Positions 49,387 through 58,714 are shown, numbered from the stretch's first letter. The stretch is DNA of 64,000 bases from Candidatus Moraniibacteriota bacterium (GCA_028695025.1 JAQVJV010000001.1:21201-85200), one strand, 5' to 3'. Made by a program: numbers and translations. The notes: generated by a model not told the origin, from the letters alone.

Positions 49387-49845
49387 ATGTCAACCGACCC
49401 GGAAAAGCCAAAAAATAAAATTGTCGAATTTTGGCTTAAATATGAACAAAAAATCCTTGTTATTTTTGGAATCATCCTCATCGCCGCCATTTCCTATGAA
49501 GCCGGCTTTCTTGAGGGCCGAAAAAATCAGGAAGAGCCGGTGGTGATCAACCAAATTGCTTCTGATAATTCTGAAAACGAAAATATTCAAAAAGAAAACT
49601 CGATTCCAGCGGATGACAATAACCCCAAAACAGGCCAGACAAATAGCCAGACAACCGGATCACCGGCCGGCCAAACCACCGAAAAACAGGATTGCGCTTT
49701 CGTCGCGAGCAAAACTTCCGACAAATATCACCTTCCGACCTGCGCATGGGCGAAAAAGATAAAACCGGAAAACCGGATCTGTTTTTCCTCGAAAGAAGAG
49801 GCCGAGAGCAAAGGATATAAGCCGGCCAAATGTTGCATTAAATAA
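49387..49845 (+). CDS. Membrane protein with a C-terminal Ada-type metal-binding domain
   Basis: TM, linker, FVASK.SDKYH...C...I..EN...F.S.EEA...GY.P.KC. Confidence 0.75.
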   Translation: MSTDPEKPKNKIVEFWLKYEQKILVIFGIILIAAISYEAGFLEGRKNQEEPVVINQIASDNSENENIQKENSIPADDNNPKTGQTNSQTTGSPAGQTTEKQDCAFVASKTSDKYHLPTCAWAKKIKPENRICFSSKEEAESKGYKPAKCCIK

Positions 49846-49965
49846 CTTTATGAAATACAAAAAAAAAACGGATTACGAAAAATAATGGCTTGTATGTTTG
49901 CCTTTGATGCACTATACTATTTTTTGGGTTTCGTATTTCGCTAATTTCACATTTCGTAAAACTAT

Positions 49966-50652
49966 ATGAAGCAAAAACTCATCGTCATTTCGCTCGGCGG
50001 GTCTCTAATTTTCCCATCCGAAGGTATTGACTGGAAATTCCTGAAAAAATTCAAAGAACTGGTTTTGGGTCTTTTGAAAAACAACTATCGCCTCATCATT
50101 GTCTCCGGCGGAGGGACAGTGGCCAGAAAATACCAGGAAGCCGTTATGAAAATCGGCATCCTTGACAATGAAGACCGCGATTGGATCGGGATCCATTCCA
50201 CCCGCCTCAATGCCCATCTTCTGCGCACCATATTCCGGAAGTACGCCCACCCGCGCATCAACAAAAATCCCCATGAACGCTTCGATTTCCGCGAGAAAAT
50301 CTTGATCGGCTCCGGCTGGCGGCCGGGATTTTCCACCGACCTCGACGCGGTTCTTCTCGCAAAGGAATACGGCGCCAAAACCGTGATAAATCTTTCCAAT
50401 ATCGACTACGTGTACACCAAAGACCCGCGCAAATTCAAAGACGCGAAAAAAATAAAAGAAATCGCTTGGCCGGACTTTCGGAAAATAGTAGGCGACCGCT
50501 GGGATCCGGGGTTGAACGCGCCTTTCGACCCAGTCGCTTCAAAAATCGCCCAGGAATCAAAAATGGAAGTAGTGATTCTCAACGGAAAAAAACTCAAAAA
50601 CTTTGAAAATTTCCTCGCTGGAAAAAAATTCCACGGGACAACAATACGGTAA
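49966..50652 (+). CDS. pyrH: UMP kinase, archaeal-type
   Basis: VISLGGSL, VSGGG..AR.Y, D.IGI.STRLNA, PGFSTD, APFDP, GT. Confidence 0.88.
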   Translation: MKQKLIVISLGGSLIFPSEGIDWKFLKKFKELVLGLLKNNYRLIIVSGGGTVARKYQEAVMKIGILDNEDRDWIGIHSTRLNAHLLRTIFRKYAHPRINKNPHERFDFREKILIGSGWRPGFSTDLDAVLLAKEYGAKTVINLSNIDYVYTKDPRKFKDAKKIKEIAWPDFRKIVGDRWDPGLNAPFDPVASKIAQESKMEVVILNGKKLKNFENFLAGKKFHGTTIR

Positions 50653-50654
50653 GA

Positions 50655-51143
50655 TCACAATTCCATCTTATCCCTGGTCAGGATATGCTCTTTTTCCTTG
50701 ATTTTTCTTCGCTTTATCAAAATGTAGAGAAGGCCGAAATAAACTGCGGCTGCTGCCGAAACGGCAATAACGACATAGCCGACAAGCAGGGGAACAGCCG
50801 TTTGACTCAAAACATTCCAAGTGAAAATATATTGCCAGCCCAAAGCCGCCGTCCGGTGAAAATCATGCGAGAGGGCTTGCGGATTGACGCGGAACAACAG
50901 CCCGCCAATGGCCGCCGCCAACGGAAGTGCCACTACTGTCGTCCACATATTCACCGAAAGGACGCCGGCGAGCGCCGCCAGGCGATTAAGCCGCAAAATG
51001 TAGGCGAAAATTAAGGTAGTCAGCACGCCTTCGCCAGGCGTGACGCCCATGAAAATCCCCAGTGCCGCGCCGCCGGCCACTTTGTGGGGCGTATCGTCGA
51101 TGAGAAAAAACTGTTTGATATGATCGCGTATCCTCTTTTTCAT
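50655..51143 (-). CDS. DUF2062-like membrane protein
   Basis: DTPHKVA.G.ALG.F.G..P; R.N..A; PLLVG. Confidence 0.75.
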   Translation of the reverse strand: MKKRIRDHIKQFFLIDDTPHKVAGGAALGIFMGVTPGEGVLTTLIFAYILRLNRLAALAGVLSVNMWTTVVALPLAAAIGGLLFRVNPQALSHDFHRTAALGWQYIFTWNVLSQTAVPLLVGYVVIAVSAAAAVYFGLLYILIKRRKIKEKEHILTRDKMEL

Positions 51144-52258
51144 CCTTTTTTCACGACAAAACTTTTGCTCTCGCGGTCAACGGTTTTGGCCTTTTCCGCC
51201 TCTCTTCGCGCATCCGGAGGCAAAACGCCGAGGATATTTTTGAGCGCGATGCCGTCCACCTTCAGCACCGCTTCCCACTTGTCGAGCGGCTCAAGGATCG
51301 AGCGCAATTTTTCCGAATCATATTTATAACTCTTCCGGATCGAGCGTAAAACCCGGCCCGCGTCCGAAAACACCTGGTCGACTTCTTCTGTGTCCATATA
51401 TTTCCCAAGAGCCTCCTGCAGTTCGCCAATTCGGTCCGCTTTCGATTTGAGCTCGTCTTTGAGGGCGATATATTCGTCGATAACTTTTCCTATGTCGATA
51501 TTTTCTTCCTGCTCTTTTTTGAACTTATGCTTCCACATCGGGCAAATTTTCTGGTATCCGCACCAGTCACAAAGTCCGGAAAGGGCCGGTTCGAACTTTG
51601 ATTTCCCGATTTGGCCGATCAGGTCAAGCACGAATTCCTCGCTTTCCTTCACCTGGCCCAAAGTTCTTGTCGAGCTCAATTTCACGCCGTGCTTGAGATA
51701 GTAGAGCGAGACTTTGATGTTTTCGATATTTTTGGCTTCTTCGGGATAGCGTTTGAGAAATCCAGCGAGATAAATCGAGAGCTGGAGATCATTGTCCACC
51801 TTTTCCTGGCTCGGAAGTTTGCGGGTGGTTTTGTAGTCGATGATTTCAAACCCGTTTTCAGTCCGGTCGATCCGGTCAATGATTCCGGTGAGGATATGCT
51901 TTTCTTCCGATCCTATTTCAAGCTGGAAACGCGACTCGAGATCGACGATGTTCGTTTTCGCAATGTCGTTTTTTTTATAATAATCCTGAAGCATCGCCAC
52001 GCCTTGCGAAAAGGCGGCACGCTCTTCCGTTTCGTCGGAAAAAACCTCCGCGTTCCAATTTTTGGAAAAAAAATCAAGCGCCTGCTCCAAGGCGGGGGAG
52101 AGTATCCCCGGGGTATGCACCAGTTTCAAGGTATTATGAAGAAGCGTCCCGAAAACCTGCTCCTTGGATTTGGGAGTTTTCACGCGGTCGATTTGGGAAT
52201 ATTTGTATTTCAGCGGACAGACAAGAAACGTGTCCAAAGCCGAATAGGATGTGTTCAT
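51140..52258 (-). CDS. PD-(D/E)XK RecB/AddB/Cas4-like nuclease with a 4-Cys cluster
   Basis: SYS....F..CP..Y; G...H; E..F; G.IDRID; IIDYKT; QL..Y; CDWC.Y..IC. Confidence 0.88.
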   Translation of the reverse strand: MNTSYSALDTFLVCPLKYKYSQIDRVKTPKSKEQVFGTLLHNTLKLVHTPGILSPALEQALDFFSKNWNAEVFSDETEERAAFSQGVAMLQDYYKKNDIAKTNIVDLESRFQLEIGSEEKHILTGIIDRIDRTENGFEIIDYKTTRKLPSQEKVDNDLQLSIYLAGFLKRYPEEAKNIENIKVSLYYLKHGVKLSSTRTLGQVKESEEFVLDLIGQIGKSKFEPALSGLCDWCGYQKICPMWKHKFKKEQEENIDIGKVIDEYIALKDELKSKADRIGELQEALGKYMDTEEVDQVFSDAGRVLRSIRKSYKYDSEKLRSILEPLDKWEAVLKVDGIALKNILGVLPPDARREAEKAKTVDRESKSFVVKKG

Positions 52259-52386
52259 GGGGATATTTTTTATTACGCCTTATCTCATCTTACTTTTCTT
52301 CGCCCGATTCCGCAAGAGGAAATTGTTTGAAAAATAAGGGAAAATTTGATAGCATAGAAAGAGAATAATCACTTATTTTAAGCAAG

Positions 52387-52634
52387 ATGAAAGAAGAACC
52401 AACCTGCAAAACGGGAATTAAAAAGAATGTAATAAACAAAAAAACATTCGATCGCGAAATGGAATTATGTCATTTACTTTCTAAAGAAAACAAGGGCGGC
52501 TGCGGATGGGGAAAAGCGGGGATTGTGGAGTTATTCCCTTGCTTGTGAAGCTGCATGAGGGAATCCTGTTGGAAGATGCAAAAGATATCAAATCAGCAAG
52601 AGATAGATATTTGAAAAAAAATCATGCAAATTGA
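52387..52634 (+). pseudogene. Small Cys-rich ORF broken by an apparent 1-nt deletion near 52516
   Basis: First frame MKEEPTC...GGCGWGK stops at 52548; adding one T gives ...GK-CGDC-GVIPLLVKLHEGILLED... open to 52634. Confidence 0.5.
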
Positions 52635-53205
52635 ATACGAAGCCACTTTTGAAAAAATTGACAAGGACGAAATGCGCGAGCGCTTGAAAAACACGGGCGC
52701 GAAATTAGTGCGTCCCGAATTTTTATCCCGTCGAGTGACACTGAATCTCCCCTCCGGACATGAAATCCCAAACGCATGGATAAGAGTCCGGGATAACGGC
52801 CAGAAAATAACCCAGACTTTGAAAATCGTTGCTAATGGCAAAATTGATAATCAGCAAGAGTTGGAAGTCAAGGTTGATGATTTTGAAAAAACAATCGAAT
52901 TCCTCGAAAAAATCGGCTGCCTAAAGAAATCCTATCAGGAAACAAAAAGGGAGAAATGGGAATTGAACGATGTTGAAGTGACAATTGACGAATGGCCGTT
53001 TCTCGAACCTTTTGTGGAGATTGAGGGAAAAAATGAAAATGAAGTTCGAAAAATTTCAGAGAAGCTTGGATTCGACTGGAGGAAGGCCTTGTTCTGCGCC
53101 ATCGGCCATTTATATGAAAGAAAATATAGGATACCCGAAAATAAGTTTAATAATGATTTTACGAAAATAGTTTTCGAAATGGAAAATCCTTTTAAAAATT
53201 TTTAA
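52624..53205 (+). CDS. CYTH-domain (triphosphate tunnel) protein
   Basis: EYE, WIRVR, TLK, ELE, RE.W, IDEWP..FVEIE. Confidence 0.88.
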   Translation: MQIEYEATFEKIDKDEMRERLKNTGAKLVRPEFLSRRVTLNLPSGHEIPNAWIRVRDNGQKITQTLKIVANGKIDNQQELEVKVDDFEKTIEFLEKIGCLKKSYQETKREKWELNDVEVTIDEWPFLEPFVEIEGKNENEVRKISEKLGFDWRKALFCAIGHLYERKYRIPENKFNNDFTKIVFEMENPFKNF

Positions 53206-53215
53206 AAGTAACAAT

Positions 53216-53851
53216 ATGCCAATCACAAATCCCAAGCGCAAAAAAAGAATAGAAAAATTCATCGACAAGGATCATCGTGTTATGAATGATTATTATGAAC
53301 TGATTGAAAGTGATATATCAGCAAAGAAGCTTGAAAAAGAATTGAAAGAAATGATAGAGGCGGATCCTGATTTTTATGATCCCTATATTGCATTAGCGGA
53401 TTTATATTTTTATAACAATAAGAAAGATGCGGGAGGAAAATTGCTAAAAATCGCTTACGATCGCGCGGTGGATAGAATAGTCGATTCAAGGGGAAACTGG
53501 CCTGAATTAATGGAATGGGGATGGCTGGAAAACCGACATTTGATGCGCGCACTTGAGCAATTCGGGGTTCTATTATGGGAAACCGGAAAAACCAAAGGAG
53601 CGCTGGATATTTTCAGGAAAATTTTGCGCATGAATCCGGGAGATAATCAGGGAATGCGGCATAATATTCTGGCAATAAGACTCGGAATGGGAGTCGAGGA
53701 ATGGCAAAAACCTTTCGAAGCAAAACATAAAGGAGAAGTTGTAGGGATCGACGCGGGAAAAGTAAGTAATTGGTTTGAAAAAAATGCCAAAAATTTTCCA
53801 GACGAATTTGATTGGCTATTTGAAGAATGGAAAAAATTTGATGAACAATGA
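53216..53851 (+). CDS. TPR-like protein
   Basis: DPDFYDPY, W.WLENR..MR, L.MNPGDNQGMR. Confidence 0.7.
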   Translation: MPITNPKRKKRIEKFIDKDHRVMNDYYELIESDISAKKLEKELKEMIEADPDFYDPYIALADLYFYNNKKDAGGKLLKIAYDRAVDRIVDSRGNWPELMEWGWLENRHLMRALEQFGVLLWETGKTKGALDIFRKILRMNPGDNQGMRHNILAIRLGMGVEEWQKPFEAKHKGEVVGIDAGKVSNWFEKNAKNFPDEFDWLFEEWKKFDEQ

Positions 53852-53889
53852 TGTGCAGTCTTTATATCATCAGATAAACAAAATAACCC

Positions 53890-55422
53890 ATGGACCAGAA
53901 AACCGCGTTTGAAGTTTTGAAATCGGGAGCGAATGTTTTTTTGACCGGGCCGGCGGGGAGCGGGAAGACTTTCCTCTTGAACAAATACATCGATTTTCTT
54001 GAAGAAAACGGGATCGAAACGGCCGTCACCGCCTCCACCGGAATCGCGGCGACGCATATCGGCGGCCTCACCATCCACGCCTGGTCGGGCCTCGGCATCA
54101 AAGACCATCTCTCGAAAAAAGACCTTGAAAAAATCGTCCGCAAAAGCCGGGTCGAGCGGCGCGTATCCTGCGCGGAAGCGCTCGTGATCGATGAAATATC
54201 CATGCTCGACGCGAACCAGCTGGACAATGTCAACCAAATCTGCAAAAGGGTGCGGGATCCGTTCCTGCCGTTCGGAGGGCTCCAAGTCGTCTTGTGCGGA
54301 GATTTTTTCCAGCTTCCTCCGGTGAGCAAGGGAAGCGCGAAAGCCAAATTCGCTTTTTCCGCGCAAGTCTGGCAAGAAGCGGGCATACAGGTTTGCTATC
54401 TCGACGAACAGCACCGGCATCAAGATGACGGCCTTTTGGCGGCGCTCAACGCCATAAGAAGCTCGGAAGTTGATGAAAACGCGAAAGATATAATTTTTTC
54501 GCGCCGGAACATGCCGATTGCAAACGGTGCGGAACCCACCCGGCTTTATACCCACAACGAAGACGTCGACCGGATAAACGGCCTTGAGCTCGGGAAAATC
54601 GATGCAAAAGCGGTTGCGTACAAAATGCACGCTTCGGGAAAAAAACCGCTCGTGCAACTCCTCATGAAAGGGTGTCTCGCGCCGGAAACGCTTGCGCTCA
54701 AAATCGGGGCGCGCGTGATGTTTGTCAAGAACAATTTCGACGAAGGATACATAAACGGGACGATGGGGACGATTGCCGGTTTTGAAAAAGAAAGCAAGAT
54801 GCCGATCGTGAAAACGGACCGGGGAAAATTGATAACAGCAACTCCCGCCCAATGGGAAATCGAAGAAGACGGGGAAATCCTCGCCAAGATCCGCCAAGTT
54901 CCCTTGCGCCTCGCTTGGGCCATCACCGTCCACAAAAGCCAGGGGATGAGCCTGGACGCGGCGGAAATCGACTTGCGGCATTCTTTCGAACCGGGGATGG
55001 GATACGTCGCGCTTTCCCGCGTGAGGACCCTTGACGGCTTGCGGCTTTTGGGGATCAATGATATGTCGTTCGAGATCAACCGGGAAGTTCTCGAAGCGGA
55101 CAAAATTTTCGCCGAAATGTCCAAGGATCTCTCGGAAAAAATCAAGGCTGGCGGACAGTTGGAAAAGAAAAAAATATTCAAGAAAAAAATTTCCCAAAAG
55201 AAACGGGGATCGAAAGGCAAATCAGGGATGGCTGATTTTGTTTCGCGCGCCAGGGAAAAACATCCGAAGGCATATATGCCCTGGACGGAAAAAGAAGACG
55301 AAGATTTGAAATATTTTTTCCAGAAGCAGAAAAGGCCGGAAAATGATCTCGCAATCGTTTTTCAGAGAAAACCCGGCGCCATCCGCGCGCGGCTCAAGAA
55401 ACTGGGACTTGTTGAATTTTGA
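53890..55422 (+). CDS. Pif1-family SF1B helicase with a C-terminal helical domain
   Basis: NVFLTGPAGSGKT, TASTGIAA, IDEISM, GDFFQLPPV, AWAITVHKSQGMSLD, YVALSR. Confidence 0.93.
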   Translation: MDQKTAFEVLKSGANVFLTGPAGSGKTFLLNKYIDFLEENGIETAVTASTGIAATHIGGLTIHAWSGLGIKDHLSKKDLEKIVRKSRVERRVSCAEALVIDEISMLDANQLDNVNQICKRVRDPFLPFGGLQVVLCGDFFQLPPVSKGSAKAKFAFSAQVWQEAGIQVCYLDEQHRHQDDGLLAALNAIRSSEVDENAKDIIFSRRNMPIANGAEPTRLYTHNEDVDRINGLELGKIDAKAVAYKMHASGKKPLVQLLMKGCLAPETLALKIGARVMFVKNNFDEGYINGTMGTIAGFEKESKMPIVKTDRGKLITATPAQWEIEEDGEILAKIRQVPLRLAWAITVHKSQGMSLDAAEIDLRHSFEPGMGYVALSRVRTLDGLRLLGINDMSFEINREVLEADKIFAEMSKDLSEKIKAGGQLEKKKIFKKKISQKKRGSKGKSGMADFVSRAREKHPKAYMPWTEKEDEDLKYFFQKQKRPENDLAIVFQRKPGAIRARLKKLGLVEF

Positions 55423-55462
55423 GGTTTGGCCTTGAGAAAAATAAATCACTCCGGGAGATGAG

Positions 55463-55538
55463 AAAGATATCAAATCAGCAAGAGATAAATATTTGGAATA
55501 AAACCATGCGAAAAATAGTTTTCGAGATGGAAAATCCT
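55463..55538 (+). repeat. Fused duplicate of 52581-52627 and 53162-53190
   Basis: 43/47 identity to the CYTH 5' junction, immediately followed by a near-copy of the CYTH 3' end. Confidence 0.8.
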
Positions 55539-55575
55539 CTTGAATCCTTAGATTCTTAAACCTTAAAATAATCCC

Positions 55576-56757
55576 ATGGAGCAAATGCCCCAACCAAAGC
55601 CGCTTACAGAAACAGTAATAGTCAGTTCTGCCGACACTCAAGAAAAATATAAACGTGACTGGAAATACAAAGACTATTCTTTCGAAAAATGGGAGAAAAA
55701 CGGCTTCTTAACCACAAAAGAAGGGCTTCCATCCAAACTTGACCGCGAATGTTATGAATTAGTGAGAACGCCGGAATTTAAAAACTGGTTCGGGGATTGG
55801 GAAGAGAAAGGTGAAAACGCCAGCAAAATGATTGATCCGCAAACCGGCGAGCCTCAAGTTTTTTATCGCGGTGACAAGTCATTATACAAAGAAGGTTTCC
55901 TAGTAAAACCAGAAGAAGAGCGCACAATTGGAAAATACGATAAGAGCTATGTAAGCCAACTCTCCAAAGCGCAATCTCGTAATCAAGGTGTTTTTTTCAC
56001 GGATAATGAAAAGGTGGCGCTTGAGTATGGGACTGATATAAAAGCTGTTAGTTTGGGAAAATACAACCTCCATCCCGAAAAAGATCACCCAAAAACTTTT
56101 TTGAAAATACGCAATTGGCTGGAATCTTTTGCCAACAAAGATCCGGATTTCTGGAAAAAAGTATTGGATTATACCGTGAATCCAATGGGTCCCGGCGTTA
56201 GTGACGAAACTTATAAAAGAAACCTTCTTGCTTATTTCCAAAGACATAACTTTTCCAAGCAAGACTCCGAAAGCCTCTGGCAAGAAGTCCATACGAAAAG
56301 AAGACTTACTAATCCGGGATATTATATCGATCTCTTCGTCCACAATGGTGCTTTTGAAAACTTGATTAGGGGTTTTAGTTCTCAATCATTCAAAGCGCCA
56401 GACGCGCCTTTTGGCAGTCCATGGTTTATTAAATTTGGGAGCAAGAACACACCTGAATGGAGCAAGCAATTCAAACAGCTCGCTTTAGAATATTTTTCTG
56501 AACCGCTTGCTTTGAGCACGGTCTTTATTCGATCGAAAAAACCAAAAAAAATGCGATACGTAAATGTTGACGGAGGTTTTGAAATATATAAGGCGCGAAT
56601 AGAAGGCCATGACGCTTTCATACACGAAAAGGGCGTGGGGAAGCATACAAAAGGTGTTCCAGATAAAGCTGATGAAATAATCGTCTACGAAACCGAAAAT
56701 ATATGGACTGTGAGAAAGAAGCCGCTGGCTGAAGAAATTATGCGAGCCAAAAAATAA
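55576..56757 (+). CDS. Putative ADP-ribosyltransferase-fold protein (polyvalent-protein ART-like)
   Basis: VRTPEFKNWFGDW..SK..D..GEP.VFYRG; GVFFTDN..A..Y; VF....P; GHDAFI; EIIVY. Confidence 0.6.
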   Translation: MEQMPQPKPLTETVIVSSADTQEKYKRDWKYKDYSFEKWEKNGFLTTKEGLPSKLDRECYELVRTPEFKNWFGDWEEKGENASKMIDPQTGEPQVFYRGDKSLYKEGFLVKPEEERTIGKYDKSYVSQLSKAQSRNQGVFFTDNEKVALEYGTDIKAVSLGKYNLHPEKDHPKTFLKIRNWLESFANKDPDFWKKVLDYTVNPMGPGVSDETYKRNLLAYFQRHNFSKQDSESLWQEVHTKRRLTNPGYYIDLFVHNGAFENLIRGFSSQSFKAPDAPFGSPWFIKFGSKNTPEWSKQFKQLALEYFSEPLALSTVFIRSKKPKKMRYVNVDGGFEIYKARIEGHDAFIHEKGVGKHTKGVPDKADEIIVYETENIWTVRKKPLAEEIMRAKK

Positions 56758-56813
56758 TTTTTTCACTTTCTTTCCTTGCAAGTTTTCGCGGCAGGGGATA
56801 GTATTAATGTCAT

Positions 56814-58010
56814 ATGGCCAAAAAGAGAATTTATCTTGATTACGCTTCTACGACGCCCGTCGATCCCCGGGTTTTTTCGGCTATAAAGCCCTATTTTTCC
56901 GTGAAATTCGGAAATCCGTCTTCGATCCACTCTTTCGGCCGGGAAGCGGGCGAGGCAGTGGAAAAAGCGCGCCATCAAGCGGCCGATTTTTTCGGTTGCG
57001 ACCAAAGCGAAATCATTTTTACTTCCGGCGCGTCGGAAAGCAACAACCTCGCCGTGAAGGGGACAACGATCGCCAGGATATCCCACTCAAGCCAGGGGAA
57101 AACGAAGCCGCATATCATCACCACCCAATTTGAACACTCCTGCGTCCTTGCCTCCTGCAAGAAACTGGAACAGCAAGGAATGGCCGAGGTGACCTATCTT
57201 CCCGTCGGAAAAGACGGGGTGGTGAAGATTCTTGATGTGAAAAAATCAATCAAAAAAAATACGGCGTTGGTTTCTGTTATGTACGCCAACAACGAGATCG
57301 GGACAATCCAGCCGATCCGGGAAATCGGAAAAATAATCAAGAAAGAAAATTCGGAGCGCGGAGAAAAAATCATCTTCCATACGGACGCCGTCCAAGCCGT
57401 GAACTATCTCGATTGCAAGATTGACAACCTCGGGGTTGACCTGCTCACCGCTTCGGCTCATAAGATATACGGGCCGAAAGGCGTCGGACTGCTCGCCGTT
57501 CGCAAAAATACTCCGATGAAAAGGATCCAAGACGGCGGGGGACAGGAATTCGGAATGCGCGCCGGAACGCTCAATGTCGCCGGAATCGTCGGGTTCGGCG
57601 AGGCTCTCGAAATTGCCGAGAAAGAACGGCCGCGCAACTTCAAAATCGTTGAAAAATTGAAAGGCCATATGGTCGGGCGTATCTTGGAAGAAATCCAAGG
57701 AGTGAAACTCAACGGATCGAAAACAAAGAGGCTTCCCGGAATCGCCAACTTCACCGTCCGCGACGTGGAAGGCGAAGGGCTTCTTCTCGGACTTGACCTC
57801 GAAGGCATCGCCGTATCCACCGGAAGCGCTTGCTCGGCTGCCGACCTTCGCCCGTCTCACGTCCTCGCCGCGATCGGACTATCTGAAGAAGAAAGCCATG
57901 GTAGCCTGCGGGTGAGCCTCGGGAAATACACGACCAAGCAGGAAGCGGATATTTTTGTCGACACGCTCAAAAAAGTGGTTGATAGATTAAGAATGATAGC
58001 AGGAAAATAA
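56814..58010 (+). CDS. iscS: Cysteine desulfurase (IscS/NifS)
   Basis: IYLDYASTTP, GNPSS.H, FTSGASESNN, HTDAVQA, SAHKIYGPKG, STGSAC. Confidence 0.95.
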   Translation: MAKKRIYLDYASTTPVDPRVFSAIKPYFSVKFGNPSSIHSFGREAGEAVEKARHQAADFFGCDQSEIIFTSGASESNNLAVKGTTIARISHSSQGKTKPHIITTQFEHSCVLASCKKLEQQGMAEVTYLPVGKDGVVKILDVKKSIKKNTALVSVMYANNEIGTIQPIREIGKIIKKENSERGEKIIFHTDAVQAVNYLDCKIDNLGVDLLTASAHKIYGPKGVGLLAVRKNTPMKRIQDGGGQEFGMRAGTLNVAGIVGFGEALEIAEKERPRNFKIVEKLKGHMVGRILEEIQGVKLNGSKTKRLPGIANFTVRDVEGEGLLLGLDLEGIAVSTGSACSAADLRPSHVLAAIGLSEEESHGSLRVSLGKYTTKQEADIFVDTLKKVVDRLRMIAGK

Positions 58011-58014
58011 AAGG

Positions 58015-58101
58015 ACTCGCGAATGAAAAAACGAATTGAGAGCGAATGAGAACGAAAATAATTCGTTAAAATTCGTTTTAATTAGTTTTTAATTCGTGAG
58101 T
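58015..58101. repeat. Imperfect tandem-unit hairpin (CGAAT x4 / ATTCG x4)
   Basis: ACTCGCGAAT...ATTCGTGAGT ends with about 10-nt periodic units, between iscS and iscU. Confidence 0.65.
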
Positions 58102-58103
58102 AT

Positions 58104-58565
58104 ATGTATTCAAAAAAAGTCCTCCAATATTTTTTGAAACCGAAAAACCAGGGCCGGATGAAAAATCCGGACGGGGTTGGCATTGTCGGAAACCCGACTT
58201 GCGGAGACATCATGACTGTCTATATTAAAGTAAATAAATCGAAAGACCGCGAGACAATATCCGACATCAAGTTTGAAACGCTTGGATGCGCCGCCGCGAT
58301 CGCCACTTCGTCGATGGTGACAGAAATCGCAAAAGGAAAAACTTTGGACGAAGCTTTCAAAATCACGCGCCAGGATGTGGCTGATGAGCTTGAAGGACTT
58401 CCTCCGCTCAAGATGCATTGTTCGAACCTGGCGGAAGGCGCCCTCAAACGGGCAATAGATGATTATAAATCAAAAGCGAAAAAGAGCGGTTCCGGCCAAA
58501 CGGAGAAAGCGCAAAAAGCAAAGCCGAAGAAGAAAACAGCCGCAAAGAAAAAATCAAAAAAATAA
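58104..58565 (+). CDS. iscU: Fe-S scaffold IscU/NifU with a Lys-rich tail
   Basis: GNPTCGD, GCAAAIA, KMHCS. Confidence 0.95.
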   Translation: MYSKKVLQYFLKPKNQGRMKNPDGVGIVGNPTCGDIMTVYIKVNKSKDRETISDIKFETLGCAAAIATSSMVTEIAKGKTLDEAFKITRQDVADELEGLPPLKMHCSNLAEGALKRAIDDYKSKAKKSGSGQTEKAQKAKPKKKTAAKKKSKK

Positions 58566-58588
58566 TTTTCCTGTATATGGCCTTATAG

Positions 58589-58629
58589 AAAAAACCTCCG
58601 CCCGAGGAGAAGAGAGTGGAGGTTTTTTT
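58589..58629. terminator. Bidirectional terminator
   Basis: AAAAAACCTCC...GGAGGTTTTTT. Confidence 0.7.
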
Positions 58630-58714
58630 ATTGGAAAAATATTTTTTATTTTTTTTTCTTGTTTTATTTTTTCCCCAATTTTTCAGAGGGAAGCGGGGTT
58701 TTGAGAAATATATA

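Noticed and set aside
53647-55197. Long antisense ORFs (516 aa here; also 8852-10060, 976-1992, 35839-36870 and others)
   Set aside because: They are shadows of well-supported genes on the opposite strand and contain no recognisable motifs.
52581-55538. Diversity-generating retroelement TR/VR pair
   Set aside because: The mismatches are not confined to adenines, the repeat is short and split, and there is no reverse transcriptase in the window.
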